Positions 12,242 to 26,216 of a stretch of DNA of 64,000 nucleotides are shown piece after piece. Position 1 is the first letter of the stretch. The number at the start of each line of letters is the position of its first letter. This DNA is from Octopus vulgaris (taxonomy: Eukaryota). A program made the translations under genes and the position numbers. The notes below the pieces were generated by a model. It was not told the DNA's origin, did not search any database, and saw only the letters and a program-made list of their open reading frames with translations. Location of the stretch: assembly GCA_951406725.2 (NCBI GenBank), contig OX597825.1, positions 67,146,001-67,210,000 of the forward strand, in the 5' to 3' direction.

Positions 12242-13499
12242 CATATATATGTAGGCACACAAATACGCACACATATGTGCACACACATGTATATATAAGC
12301 AACAGTATTTACCACCCATATGAAATATATTTATGTCCGGATATGTATTTGTGTATATGTGCCACTGACCTATGCAAATTTATGCTAATTCTCTATTGGT
12401 CTGTATGCATTCATCAGCCAATGACATATGGGAAAGATAATGAACTGGTCATATAACAAGATTTACGTGATTTATATAATTCCAAGCTGAACCGCGGCGC
12501 CAAAATGAATAGTTATTTACCTATTCATTTATATCTATATGGTCACCTGTTCTATGACATATGTGAGCAGTTAGATTTAGTTCATATTTTCCACAAAAGG
12601 AATTCTCTCCCGGTTAAACACATTACTTAAACACAATGCGTCAAGCTATATCTGTCTTGCTTAATTCTAAAACTTGAAAACTAATCTCTCATTCTACTTC
12701 ACTTTCTATTATATTTTCACTCTCAACGATGAATAGTTTGATGGACAAACAACTTAGCTGCATTTCTTCCAGCTTTACGTGTTCAAATACTGCCGAGATC
12801 GACTTTGTCTTTCAACGCTTCGGGGTCAATAAAATGAGCGCCAGTTGCGCAATGGCGTCGGTGTAATCGACTAACTTCTCTTCTCAATATCGTTGGTCTT
12901 GTGCTTATACTAGAGAGAATTATATTTTTCGCTATCCCTGTATATAACACATTTTTTCCCCTTTACGTTGTCCTCCTGTTTACGTCATTCCTCCATCAAT
13001 GTTCCGGCATACTTTATTAGCTTTCCACTTTTTTCTATTGGAAAAAGAAAATGTATCTATAGATGCGGGTATGGCGTCACGTCTAAGAAGCTTGTTTTGC
13101 AACAGTATGCTTTGAGCTTCTGTCTTACTCGTTGTTTTGTTTGTGTCTATTGTTTTCCTTATTGCTGTTGTTACTCCTACTCCTAAAAATATGCATGTTG
13201 CTATTATGCTTATTGTTATTCATATCCTAATTACTATTGTTATTACTTCCACCCCAGCTTTCATTACTAACGACATTGCTGTTGTCCTTTTCTTTATTTT
13301 CCTTTTTACCATTATTTTTATCATCTTGCTTTTTATGATTTCTATTATGCTTATTGTTACTAATATTGTTTCCATTAAAGATTACATGTTCAGTACACGT
13401 GCCACGAATATTAATACTATTTTGAATATTAGTATAATGGGTATGACTATTAATATAACGGGCATCACTACTAATATTATTAATATTATTATTATTATT

Positions 13500-13795
13500 A
13501 CTTCCTCCTTCGCTAAGGCGGAGGTATTGTTTTCAGTCGTGTTTGTTTGTTTGTCCGTGGACAAGATATCTCAAGAAACGCTGGATGGATTCCGATGAAA
13601 CATTCAGAGATGTTTGGCCTGGTGACTGTCACGAACCGATTAGATTTTAGGATTGATTCGTTACCAGACAAGGATTCTGAATTATTTTTTTCGTTTTTTT
13701 TTTTTTTACTTAATTTTTGTGAGTGGTCGAGTTAACTTTTAGTATTCTCGTTTGTGAGAGCAGTCGGGTTTATTTCAGATATTAACAATTTTGCT
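13500..13795. mobile_element. Non-autonomous DNA/Helentron-like interspersed repeat fragment
   Basis: cctcc..ggcggaggtattgttttcagtcgtgtttgtttgtttgtccgt..gatatctcaagaaacgctggatggatt..atgaaa layout, resembling DINE/HINE-type elements. Confidence 0.4.
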
Positions 13796-13818
13796 CTTGA
13801 TATTATTATTATTATTAC

Positions 13819-15453
13819 TTTTTTTTTTTCTTCTTTCAAATTTGCTTCCATTTCTTGCCGAGTGTCTTCCCGACTCCTAGGGCAAAGAAACTCATAGTAT
13901 ACATTGGTAGGCCATTAAACCAAACTCAGTACTTCGTTAATTTTTTTTTTATTTTTTTTAAGTTAAATTAAAATACATGAGCAGCCACAGTTCTCACATC
14001 GACAATGCTCTTCTCAATACGTGTGATGTACCAGTTAAGACAATCTTTTGCACTTCTTGCAGGGGATGGTAAGCCAGGGATCATTCTCATATAATTTTCG
14101 GTTCCCTTCTTGATCATTCCTAGTGCTCCTACGATCACTGGTATTGTAACCGCCTTGAGATGCCACATTTTCTCAATTTCAATGAGTAGGTCTTTATATT
14201 TTCTGAGCTTGTCAAACTCTTTCGCCGAGATATTATGATCACAGGGGATGCTCATGTCGATCAATAAGCAAACTTTATTGTTTTGGTCTTTCACAACAAT
14301 ATCTGGTTTATTGGCCTTGATGGTTCGGTCTGTATGTACTGGAAAGTCCCACAGAATGGTTACATTTTCTCCTTCTGTTACAGCCTCGGGGTGGTGATTA
14401 TACCACTTGTCGGCAGTTTTGATATTGTAATGCCGACTTATTAGCCAGTGGAGATATTGGCCAACTCTGTCATGTCTTAATTTATACTTCACTGGTGCTA
14501 AGACTTTACATCCAGAGATTAGGTGGTCCACTGTTTCAATCATGTCGTTGCAGAATCGGCATTTTGGGTCTGCTCCATTTTTCATCACATTGGCCTGGTA
14601 GTTCCGGGTTAATAGGCTTTGATCTTGAGCAGCCAGGATGAAACCTTCGCTCTCTGCTTTTAGCCCTGAGCTCCGTAGCCACTGATGGGTTTGCTTCTGG
14701 TCAACATCAGCTTGTTTGCTGCGGGTCACATATTTGCCGTGCAGAGGTTTCTCCTCCCACCTATCAGCTAATTTCTCGTGCGCTTTTTTCATTGCCATCA
14801 TTTTCACTTTCTTTGCAACAATAGTTGCCGTACTTCCCTCGGGTTGTTCAGTTTGGGTACCCTGCACGAGATCAATAGCAAATGTTTTGCTTTCCTTTGT
14901 AATAGAATGAAGCTTCTTTCGTCTCTCGTGATTTTCCACGAGCTTTAGCATCCAGTCATTCGATATTTCGAGATATTTGGCCAGTCCAATTGTGGTTGTT
15001 TTGTAAGCTAGTTCAAATTGGATCAGGCCTCGACCTCCTTGGGCTCTGGGAAGGTAAAGGCGATCTACGTCTGCCTTTGGGTGGTGCATCCTATTACAAC
15101 TCAGCAGCTTGCGTATTTTTCAATCTATATTCTTTACTTCACTCATATTCCAGTTCAACACATTGTAGCTATAAGTAACAACTGGAACTGCTAAGGAATT
15201 TATAGCTAGCACCTTGTTACGTGCATTTAGTTCAGATTTCAGGACTGCACGAACTCTCCTATAACATTCCTTCCTGATTTTCTCTTTCATGCTTGCATGC
15301 TGAATACCAGAGCCTTCATTTATCCCTAAATATTTGTATGTTTGTTCTTGCCCAAGCTCTCTTATGACTGTGTCAACATCTAACACGACTGAATTTGTGG
15401 TCTTCACTTTCCCTTTCTGGAAAGTGGCCTTGGCACACTTCTCAAGTCCAAAC
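13819..15453 (-). mobile_element. 5'-truncated Dong/R4-like non-LTR retrotransposon (RT C-terminus, CCHC finger, restriction-like endonuclease)
   Basis: FGLEKC...YKYLGI, CRFC..ETVDHLISGC, RHD, KPDIVV..LIDMSIP..KLRKYKDL. ORFs 15120-15407 and 13968-15089 share a frame split by one TGA, and there is a frameshift near 14065. A-rich tail, (TAA)n on both flanks. Confidence 0.9.
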
Positions 15454-15507
<54 letters not shown>

Positions 15508-15684
15508 GTATTATCTTTGTTGCGACTATTATTATTGTTACTGTTAGTGATATTTTTGTCCTTGTTGCCGTAATTTATAAGTTACCATTATTATTATCAT
15601 TATCGTAATTAGTATTACTTTTATGATTGTAGTTATTATCATCCTCATATTTACAATCATTATTATAACCACCATCACCACCAA

Positions 15685-15717
<33 letters not shown>

Positions 15718-15718
<1 letters not shown>

Positions 15719-16212
15719 GAGTGAGCGACATGTGCATGCCATCTAAGTGACACTGGAGTAAAATATACTAAGCTCTGTATACACATCATGACTACTCGTC
15801 TGATAAAGGGGCACTAGTCACATCCAGCACAACTATATGTGTGTGACATGGTGATTTCATATTAAGATTAACAGTGCATGACCTTGCAGGTGGGGCCCAC
15901 TTAGAATTTTCTTCAGGTTGAGTAGCCCACCCGCTCAAAAGGTCTCTGAATAAGGGTTGTTTGAGGATATTGGACGAAACACCCATGTTTCCATAGGTGA
16001 ATTATCCAAACCCCAAAGAATTCCTCTCGACATACATAGATATAGATATGCGTATATGATATATGTGTATGACGCTCTTCCACTACCTGTGCTCGTGATA
16101 AGAGATGCACTTATCGTCAGCAACTAAGGGATATGCTTTTATACCAAGACAAAACAATGTACATGATAATCAGTTAAGATGAGAAGCCATGAAAGCCACT
16201 GCCTGGTACTGC
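15718..16212. mobile_element. ~500-bp non-coding interspersed element flanked by (TTA)n
   Basis: GC-richer block between (TTA)n tracts. Its left end recurs at ~39972-40040. Confidence 0.5.
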
Positions 16213-16219
16213 TATTAAT

Positions 16220-16278
<59 letters not shown>

Positions 16279-19200
16279 CATTGTTGTTGTTGTTGTTATT
16301 GCTACACTAATGTTACTGCTTACGCCGGTTTTATCTTTAAGCATGAACTTTTCAAGTCTATAATCGTTGTAAGAACCTATTATCGTGCGGAGTTCCTTGT
16401 AGTTGAATATGCAAACTTAACTGAATACTTATTAAACAAATTCTCGTATTGGCGGAATTTTCGCGGGATATTACTGGCGATTTGGGTCCCGAATGTTGCA
16501 CTCTACTAGACTACATCTTTTGCTCTATAACTCCTCTTCTTAGTGTTGATATATTCACAACTGTTCATACCCACTGCTTTGTCGTAGATAATCCTCTCAT
16601 CACTTTTGATATCCTCCTCTGTTTGCCGCTAATTAACATCAGTCGTATCTTTTTGTTGGCAGTGAGAGTGGTTAGACTTATCAGTGGATTTGTTCGATTT
16701 ATTGTTAGTGTGCAAGTTATGTTCATGCTTATTTACCTATTGTTATGTGTGTGTATACATACACATACATATTTATTATAACATATAGATATAGATATGC
16801 GTATATGCCTATGTGTGTATGAGTATGTATGCGTTTAGTTCTTCTGCTAATCATTTTAAGTTGTCGAAAAAATATGTCAGGTTAACTGCTTTTAAAACAA
16901 ACATGTAACGTCTTGTTTTGCTGCAAAATTCTTAACCCTTTTATCAATGTATCTCTTTAATAATTTCAGAAAATACTTCATAAAATCATATTTCCCCTCC
17001 GTTTGAATAGTTATTATTTCCAAGTACAATCTTACCACGACACTGCAGCCTCATCTGACAGGGAACAGAGGAGCGAAAGAATTTTTATCGAAGTTACCTG
17101 AAAGCCTTTAAAGTCATATGAAGCAATGCAGTCCAACATATACAAGTATGAAGTGGGTCAGACGTGTCGACTTTCGTTGTAACTTTATATCATGAGGTCT
17201 AGTTTGGTTCCATATTGTGGCAACAAATGTGTTCTCCATCATAATACAGAACGGCAGTACAATCATTTTTAACACGATTTGTACACTTAGGAAGACATAA
17301 CCTGTAGAAATTATCTTGAGAAAAAATTCGCCTTATAGACAATAAGTGTGAAAATCACGCCGTTGGGCTAGGATGCATGTGGTTTAGAGTGGCTATAAAG
17401 AACGTGTCGATATATGTAGCTGACGACGCGCAACGACACAGAAATGCAAGCATTCTACAGTTTGATGATGCTACTCACAGCCTGATACTTTGCTTATCAC
17501 ATTATTTTTAAGGAGGACTTTACTTCTCGAGACAATATCGGCTGCGTATATCTTTCTATATCCTAATATTCAAAAGTATCTAAAATATCATTGTATGATT
17601 TTAATTTCATTCAACCCTGTCTACGACTTGTCGCTGATTAATTAGTTATGCATTGTATTCATTGAAAGTAAGTTTGGTGCCACTTCCTCTCCTCCAAAGA
17701 ATTTTAATAAGAGGATGTGAAAGGCATATGCAAAGCTGCTGAATTATTATTTACAATACAACTCATGTTGTTACATGGTCCACTTCAGCTACAAAATTTC
17801 TGGATATCTCTTGAAATAGTATTGGTTATGAATGCAGTGTGATCTGTACAATAAATGGTTAATTCGTATAGCTGACATATCCAATATACTCATAAGTAGA
17901 TTTAAATCACAGTTAGTGGACAAAAGCTTTTTCGAAATTCCTATTTGGAATTAAACACGGAATGACTTGGCTGTAATGCGAAGCGTTTTAACGACCTAGC
18001 CACGTCTCTATCTTAATACGCAGAACCAAAAAAAAAATGTATATGGGCAAATAAACGCAAAAAAATATCATTACTTAACACTTTTTTGTTTTCTTAATAC
18101 TATAACAAGAAATGATTGAAAAGTATTTCTGCAAATTTACTTTGTAAATCTTGCTCTGGTGCACAGAAATGTCTGTTTTATGTAATAACACGAAATAACT
18201 GAAATATGATATTGAAATTCAACAACAAGAAGCCATTCTTTATAATCTCTTCAATATATCTTTTCATATATAATGCAAAAGCGATTTTACTCGATGATTA
18301 TAAATAAACAAAAATAAAACTGTAAAATAAAGGTTTAGAATGAAATAATTTATTAACCATTTACGCAGAGAGCTCTCTATTTTATCGTATTTAAAATTTG
18401 ACTGTTTCTTTACAACCTACTATATAATATTTTCCTTCTATTGTTATTATAGTTATGAAGCTGTTTGTCTCATATACTATATTCTGTATTTTCCCATAAT
18501 GTACTAGAAATAAAATCAGAATTTTATCGTAACATAAAATTATTTATTGTCCCTATTCTTGTTTTTTCTTTTCTCTCAATACAATCGACAATTTATCGAC
18601 CACGTGAATATTGCAGTTAAAACTCACTGATGGATGAGTTTTTTACTCGCTCGCCTACCGAACCTTAGAGCGCATATTTCGTTTCCAGTTGCCAGTGCTG
18701 CGTTTTATCTGAAGTATTGATCTTAACAGCCGAATGAACCCGCCTACAAGAACTTTAAATATGTGGAATAATTTACCAGGGGAAGGTTAGTCAAATTGAT
18801 TTAGCTATTCACGTGAATGGTATATTTTCTGCTACATGTATTACAGCTAAAGAAATATTCTATAGCGTTAAATGAAAAGTTATTCTGAAACCACGATAAA
18901 GCATACCACTATACATTTATATTTACATACGAGCTGCTCCATTATATTACTATAATTATGTCTCTATTTTCAAAATACCAATCATTATACATGTAGAATA
19001 TATAAATTTCATCATAAACGAGATATTACTAAAATTCTAGTAACTATTGAGTGGAGGGCGTAAATATTGTATCGTTATTATTGAATTTAGCTTAATGTTT
19101 AAAACTTCGACTACTTTCTCATGTTAACTTCGGGAATGTAAAATAAAATAAATCCTGATCATCGGAATATGTTGGTTCGAGTCTCACTCTAAGCTGTCAA

Positions 19201-19780
19201 AAAGGCCTTTATGGATCTAAATTTCACAACAATACAAAATATATTTATCTACCACGCCATATTTTTTTACCTTTTATTTGTTTCAATCATTAGTGTGGCC
19301 ATACTGGGGCACCACCTTGAAGGATTTAGTCAAACAAATGGACCACAGCACTGATGTTTTCTAAGCCTGGTAGAGACTCAATCAGCAAAATTTCCTCAAA
19401 TCTAGTGGCAATCCGATTCCTGCTCATTTTTTACGATATTTTTTCTCTCAATTAGAACCGCTAATATTTCAATGATGTTATTTCTTTCAATATCGAAAAA
19501 CTGGATCCTTTCTTCTTGGCTTATAACAAAAATATCCCACGCGGATAGGAGAGCCTTTCTTTTTCCTGTCGAGGGGCTTATATGCCCCATTATTAAACTA
19601 TTTTCCTTAGTCATTGCATGGTGAGCTCCATAAACTTTAAGCTAATGTAAAAATAATATTATTATTATTTACAAGAGTGTAAACACGGCGCCGTATAAAA
19701 ACACATTCGCATAGAAATAAAAGTTAGAACATTTCGGGATTTCGTTAAGACTGGTTTTCACGAAATACACAGAGAATGTA

Positions 19781-20449
19781 CAGGTTGGTCCGAAAATCTT
19801 GTTATCCCTGTACATATTGTTTGTTATTGTCATTATTATCATTTTTTTTTATTAGCATAAACCTCCACTTGTAAAGATTAGGGCCACCATATAGAGTAGG
19901 CATCTGATACGACCCTATTTCTGCGAGCGCACTGTTAACAAGCAATCTTACTTGGCCATGTTAAGAAAGTGGTTTGTTCCACAGCTCCAATGGTTGAATG
20001 ATGACCTGACCGATTGTTCGTTTCGACAGTATGGTACCCCATCCCATTATACTATCACTGTCCGGGAATACCTAAATGAAGTTTTTTCGGTATAGATGGA
20101 TAGGACGAGGATAGTCGATTGACCACCCAGAAGTCTAGACCTCACGTCTTGCGATAACGATATGTAAGGTATTATCAAGGAGAGAGTTTCACATGAACGA
20201 TACCAGAATACCCATCAGCCTTTGAAACGATCACCAAAGCACAGCTTCGAAAAATATCATACAAGTCATGGCACCGCATCATTTTGTACCACGAATAAGA
20301 TGGTGTTCATAAAGACCTTCTCGATGTGTGACAGCGTCAATAAAAATGAATAAACTAAATCCAGTTTGTGCTTTGGATTACTACATGACTTGTTCTTCTA
20401 TTGTTCTCATTACTTTTTGGTACGGAAAGAAGACTTTCGGACCACCCTG
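19781..20449 (+). mobile_element. Internally deleted Tc1/mariner (rosa/mariner-like) element
   Basis: TIRs CAGGTTGGTCCGAAAATCTT and AAGACTTTCGGACCACCCTG, preceded by TA. Internal remnant FRQYGTPSHYTITVREYLNEVF..RWIGRG..PPRSLDLTSCD. Confidence 0.75.
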
Positions 20450-21177
20450 TTTATTATTAAGTGTGAACGTTAAAGTGGCAGAATTTTTAGCACACTAGAC
20501 AAAATGTGTAGGCATTTCTTCCTGCTTTGCAATTTGAGTTCAAATGTCACCGAGGCCGACTTTAACTTCTTTTCTTTTTGAGCTTGTTGATAAAATTTCA
20601 CATTAACCGAAATCCCAACTGCTACAGAATGAGTCTATAGTGAGTAATAAACTGTTGAGTTGAATGAATGAGTATTATACGAGTCACAGTTCAAGGTAAT
20701 TCATTTTATTTACGGTCGCAAACATCAGAAAAAGTCATGAAAGCCACACACTCTCAGATACTTCTACTATAAACGACTGACCTTATGTCTAAGTAAGAAA
20801 TCAATAAATGCGAATAGAACTGTGGAAAATGATATATATTTTTTTTTATCTGGAATGAAGCTATAGTTGGTTAGTTTTGGCTCACATTAGGCTGACGAGT
20901 GTAATATCTTCTGTTACTAAACAGGAACCATATTTTTAAATATTTTGAGATGCTCCTTAGAGGATTGGAAAACTTGGCATCAGCTACTGCACAATTCTGT
21001 AGAGATATGGACGAATAATCCGATATATGAAAATATGAACATTTTATGATGAATGTTTTGGAACATTCCCATTGATAGTGCTTGCCTGAATTTTTTTTCT
21101 TGCTTCCATACCTATATATGCATACATACATATACATATACACATATAAATATATAAGTATATGTATATAAATACAT

Positions 21178-21235
<58 letters not shown>

Positions 21236-21535
21236 CACGACTACACATGTACTTACAACATACATAAGTTGTCTAATACAGATGAGAATTAAAAACAAAA
21301 TCTACAAGAGATATCTTGCAACGATGCTAATCACTCTACGTTATGAAACTGCAATAAAACAATAAAATGTTGTTTTTTTTGTTTTGTTTATGAATTGTTT
21401 ATTTTTGGACCTAACCGAAACACAATTGATGCTGCTCCTATTTAAAGCATTGCTTACGTTATATAGTTTAAAGTGTGCTTTAATTCAATCGTCTTATAAT
21501 TCAGTAAATTTTCTGGGTAAACATTTCCCCATATT

Positions 21536-21941
21536 TACTTCTTTAAAGCCCACATGTGACTAAATAAAGAGAGGACAGACAAAAAGATTAAGTCGATTAC
21601 ACCGAACTCAGTGCGTAACTGGTACTTTATTTATCGACCCCGAAAGGATGAAAGGCGAAGTCGACCTCGGCGGAATTTGAACTCAGAACGTAGCAGCAGA
21701 CGAAATACCTATTTCTTTTCTACCCACAAGGGGTTAAACACAGAGAGGACAAACAAGGACAGACAAACGGATTAAGTCGATTGCATCGAACGCACTGGTG
21801 CGTTACTGGTACTTATTTAATCGACCCCGAAAGGATGAAAGGCAAAGTCGACCTCGGAGAGATTTGAACTCTGAACATTACGGCAGAAGAAATACTGTTA
21901 AGCATTTCGCCTGGTGTACTAACGATTCTGCCAGCTCGCCA
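21536..21941 (-). mobile_element. SINE family B dimer
   Basis: Two units, junction gacgaaatac|ctatttc at ~21708, head ending gccagctcgcc. Confidence 0.85.
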
Positions 21942-22168
21942 ATCTAACGTTTGTCTATATTGTTAATAACCCATTAATATCACAACATTGTTAAGTATCT
22001 TAACGTGTGGTGAAGTCAAGGCAGTGCAGTAATAACTAAGCATCTTACCCATAAACAGAACGAACAGTGTAGCCTCTACCTAGTTTAAAGGAACTGAAAC
22101 TCGCCGCCAAATGACCTTTATATTACAGCCACACTATGAAAAATGATATCTAGTGTTGTAGTAAATAT

Positions 22169-22475
22169 TCTTTTATTTGTTTCAGAGGTTTGACTGCCGC
22201 TATGCTGGAGCACTGCTTTAAAGTGTTTCTTTTTTTTTATCGAAGTCTAGTAGTTATTATATCACCTCTTAACTCAAACACAGCAGCATCGGTTGTCAAG
22301 TGATGGCGGAGAGAAGAGACAAACACACATAGATATATATACATATATCTATATGCCACGGGCTTCTTTCAGTTTCCTTCTACCAAATCTACTCACAAAG
22401 CTGTGGTCGGCCCGAGGCTTTAGTAGAAGACACTTGCTCTACATACCACGCAGTGTGACTGAACTCGGAAACATA
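22169..22475 (-). mobile_element. SINE family A diverged copy
   Basis: Consensus modules with deletions. Confidence 0.7.
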
Positions 22476-24522
22476 TGAGAACTTAATAGCCGAAATGCTT
22501 TTGATTATAATTGATATTTCGGGTTTTGACAAGGTAAGAGGCTGATATATTCCTTCCCCAGTACTTGACTCTATGATGTCTATCTTAGCTCTCCCTCCTG
22601 GCATTTGAACTCGGAACGTAATGAGTCGGATGAAATATCGCCAGCCGATTCTTTTCGACGATCTCACATTTCTGGCAGGGCATTACCTTACTTTTGGCTA
22701 TAATTATATCATCTATAAACTGTCGAATTGGCAGAGTGGTGGGGAAACAGCACTCTGTGTTCAAATCATCCCGGTTTATTTCTGCTTTCCATAATTCTGA
22801 AGTCTGTTATAAACTTACTTTCCTCTAGTTGATGCATTTAGTCTGTTTACATTTTCTAAACAACGGAAAATTCCTAACTCTTTCTTCTCCAACATGTGAT
22901 TCCACGAATTATTCAAACTTAATCTAAAGGAAAATAAAATGGCTTTTATTAGATAAACAGTGTCAGAAACCACCGAACACATAAACGAATCAAATTAGTG
23001 CAACATTTGAATAACATGAAATATCTTTAAACGCTATTCTATAAGATAAAGCCCTTGGAACATTTATTTTTTATCACATGGACCCTTTAAGAAATGAGCA
23101 AATCTTTATTTAAATTTAATACGTGAATTTAGAATTGTATAATCCTAATCATGTCATTTTTATTAAAGATAATCACCCATTATTCATATATGTTTATGCT
23201 TCGAAAACAGTAAGTTACAACTTAAAAAAAAAACTAACCACATTTTTAAGACAAATTTTGATTATGGCCTTAAAATTTCAAGAATTCTACCAAAAAGTAC
23301 ATATTTTATATTTCAGTATTGTTTTATTATTATTATTTGTTTTCGAAATATTCATTTCAGTAAACATTCTGGCAATATATTCGTACATGTTCTTGTATTA
23401 TTGATTACCAATCGCCTTTTGATGATGTTTGCATCATTTTAATAACTTTTTAATCAGTTCTTAATCGATATCAAAGCAAGGAAATTTCCTTTTCATCTTA
23501 CAGTAACTCTATTGTGTGCCTATGTTTGAATTGTTTTACTATTTTGCGCGTTTCAAGTAGTTCAGTGTTAGTGTGAGAGGTCTAAGTGTTCTTGAGTTCA
23601 AATTGCACTTGTTTCGAAAATTATCCATATAATAGTAGATCTATTTTGTTGCATCTTTGTTGGAGGCGGTCATTATACGATATTTGCGGTAAATTAGGGG
23701 CCTTCACTTTCTCTCTCTCTCCAAGGTCTTCTCTGAGTCTATCTGACGAAAGAACGGCGACGAAAGAACTTTGATTAACAAAACTCAATTACTTGTTTAA
23801 CCGGCACGTTAAACAAACAATTAGTTGGTTAGATATTTACCCAGTTAACTAACAACAAAGAAGAGGTCTTGAAACAGTGTGTGTGTTATTATTGGCGAAA
23901 TGACCTCCCCAAGGCAAACAAGTTTTTTTCAACACACGAATTCACATCCGGAATCTTGTAACCCGAGTACGAAAACGAAGAATAGGGAGTGTGGGCCATC
24001 TATGCCATGTAGACGTAACGGCCTCTTCAACATTTTATTTTTACTAGGGTGATTAAGAAATATAAGGTAGAGTTCAGTTTGACTAATTGGATAAACGAAA
24101 TAGCAGAGCAGTTTAAGTCATGGACTTAAGCTAATTGTTATTTTTGTTAAGTGGCTGAAGAAATCTTGTTGCTGATCAGTTTCAGTTGACACACAAAACA
24201 AAAGCATATTTAGTCAGAGTGGTTGGCATAAAGTCCTAAACACTGACAGAGACATCACAAGGACAGACAAGACCACAGTGGGGGCAAAAAACATAAAACG
24301 AATGTAAATGAGATTAAATTATATAAAAATGAAAATGGTCGCATGGGCCCCACTCCTACGCAGTACCATTTGAACCGTTATATACATTATCTACAATTGT
24401 TCTTTGTATTTTTTCTTTCTCAACATTATTTTTCCTAAAGATAACATAAAGCAATTTTACTCTTTTTTCTATTTTCCTACAATTTCACATATTTTTCATT
24501 TTAATGATACTTCATCAGTGGT

Positions 24523-25850
24523 TCATGTCTCTTTGAATTCCACCCTCACTCCTGGCGGGTCAACACTTTCGCCACATATCTCCTTCAAGATCCTGTAGTT
24601 ATCCTTTTCTATCACTATTGCCTTCCTATGCTCTGCATATATGTTTGATGGCACCTTCACTTTTACTATTGAACGAAACTTAATTATCTTCTTTGCAGTT
24701 TCTATATTTTTCGGGTACATCACATAATACCATACTCCATTTCCTCTTCGCATTTTCTTTCCTTTATCTTGTACTCTTTGTTCTCTCATTTCTTCCTCCA
24801 CTCTAAATAGTCTCTCCATCTCACCTTCTTACAGTTGGATTTCCGAATCTTTCTCCACTGGAACAACCGGTATCTTTATTGGTAATTCCACTTCGTTTTA
24901 CTTTCTTTTTTTGTCGCCCTCTTATCTTCGTTCCTACCGACATCCTTCAGTTTCTTTTCTTCCCTCTTCTTTCTTCTTTTTCTGCTTCTCTGGCGGAGAA
25001 CCCATTCCTCTGCTCCTCCTTTTTTTAACCATAGTGAATTCACCCTATGTTTCTTTTTCTGTTGCCTCGACCTGTACTACCTGGTCCATGCTCTTCCGTT
25101 TCTCCACCTGCTCTGTTTGTTGCTTTCTCAGGATGCACCATGCTTTCATGTGGCCCTTTTCTCCACATGTGGAACATACCGGCGGCCTTCACTCCACTAT
25201 AATTCTCATTCTCACATCTTCTGGAAGCACTATCTCATCCACCACACTGTTCAAGTCATCCGTTGTTGCCTGAATTGTTAATTCTATGCCTTATACCCAG
25301 TCGTTCACCTTCTGGGTACTTGTTGCTTTCAAAATCTTCCCATCTTTCATGTTATATGTTATGGCTGTCATCAGCCATGCTTCTTTCAAATCGGGTGACA
25401 CCTTACCCACTCGCACTATGGCCACACGTTTTCCACAGTATCATAGCAAGAGCACACATTCCTCTGATCTTATTGCCTCTGTGGAGTGCGTTATTGCTTC
25501 TTCTGTTGCGAAGCGCACCTCCAGAGTCCATATCTTCTCCCTCTCGTAATGAATGTTGTAAATATTTTTATATCCTTTAATGCATTCTTCTATAGCTCCT
25601 ATAGATGCAATCTCTATCCTTCTCGTAGCTGCCTTCACGGTTTTACATATTACTGTTCTTTTTGTCACATTGACCGATAATTCCTCAAGTGGCGTTACCT
25701 TCAGAATGTTTCCTTCCTTTGTAATCAATTTTTCACATTCTTTCATTTTTCGAAGTTCCTCTCTTATCTCGCGGACCTCCAACTCTTTCACGTCTACTCC
25801 CTTGCCACTTGCAGTCGCATAACTTGGGCCACCCTCCGGTGCCTTCTCAA
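24523..25850 (-). pseudogene. Decayed LINE ORF1/gag-like protein with CX2CX4HX4C knuckle
   Basis: ORF pieces 25441-25791 and 24523-24819, plus RPPVCSTCGEKGHMKAWC at ~25135-25190 and GEFTMVKKRR. Several stops and frameshifts. Confidence 0.7.
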
Positions 25851-25984
25851 TTTTCCCACAATGGGAAACAAAACAACAATTAAAGAATCAACAAGGGCAA
25901 CAATTTGAACAACATTGGTAACAATTCAAAGAGCAATTCAATAAATATTTCAGCACTAACTCGCGTAAACACGACAATAATACC

Positions 25985-26216
25985 TATTTCTTTATTACCC
26001 ACAAGGGGATAAACACAGATGAGACAAACAAGGACAGACATAGATATTAAGTCGATTATATCGACCCCAGTGTGTAACTGGTACTTTATTTATCGACTCC
26101 GAAAGGATGAAAGGCAAAGTCGACCTTGGCGGAATTTGAACTCAAAACGTAGTGACAGACGAAATACCGCTAAGCATTTCGCCCGGCGCGCTAACGTTTC
26201 TGCCAGCTCGCTGCCT
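25985..26216 (-). mobile_element. SINE family B full monomer with 9-bp TSD
   Basis: AATAATACC at 25976-25984 and 26217-26225. Confidence 0.9.

Noticed and set aside
13137-13598. 153-aa hydrophobic ORF
   Set aside because: Degenerate (ATT/ACT)n low-complexity sequence running into a repeat.
23743-23775. CTGACGA...CGAAAG, a canonical-looking hammerhead core
   Set aside because: The intervening AAGAACGGCGAC cannot form helix II and there is no helix I or III.
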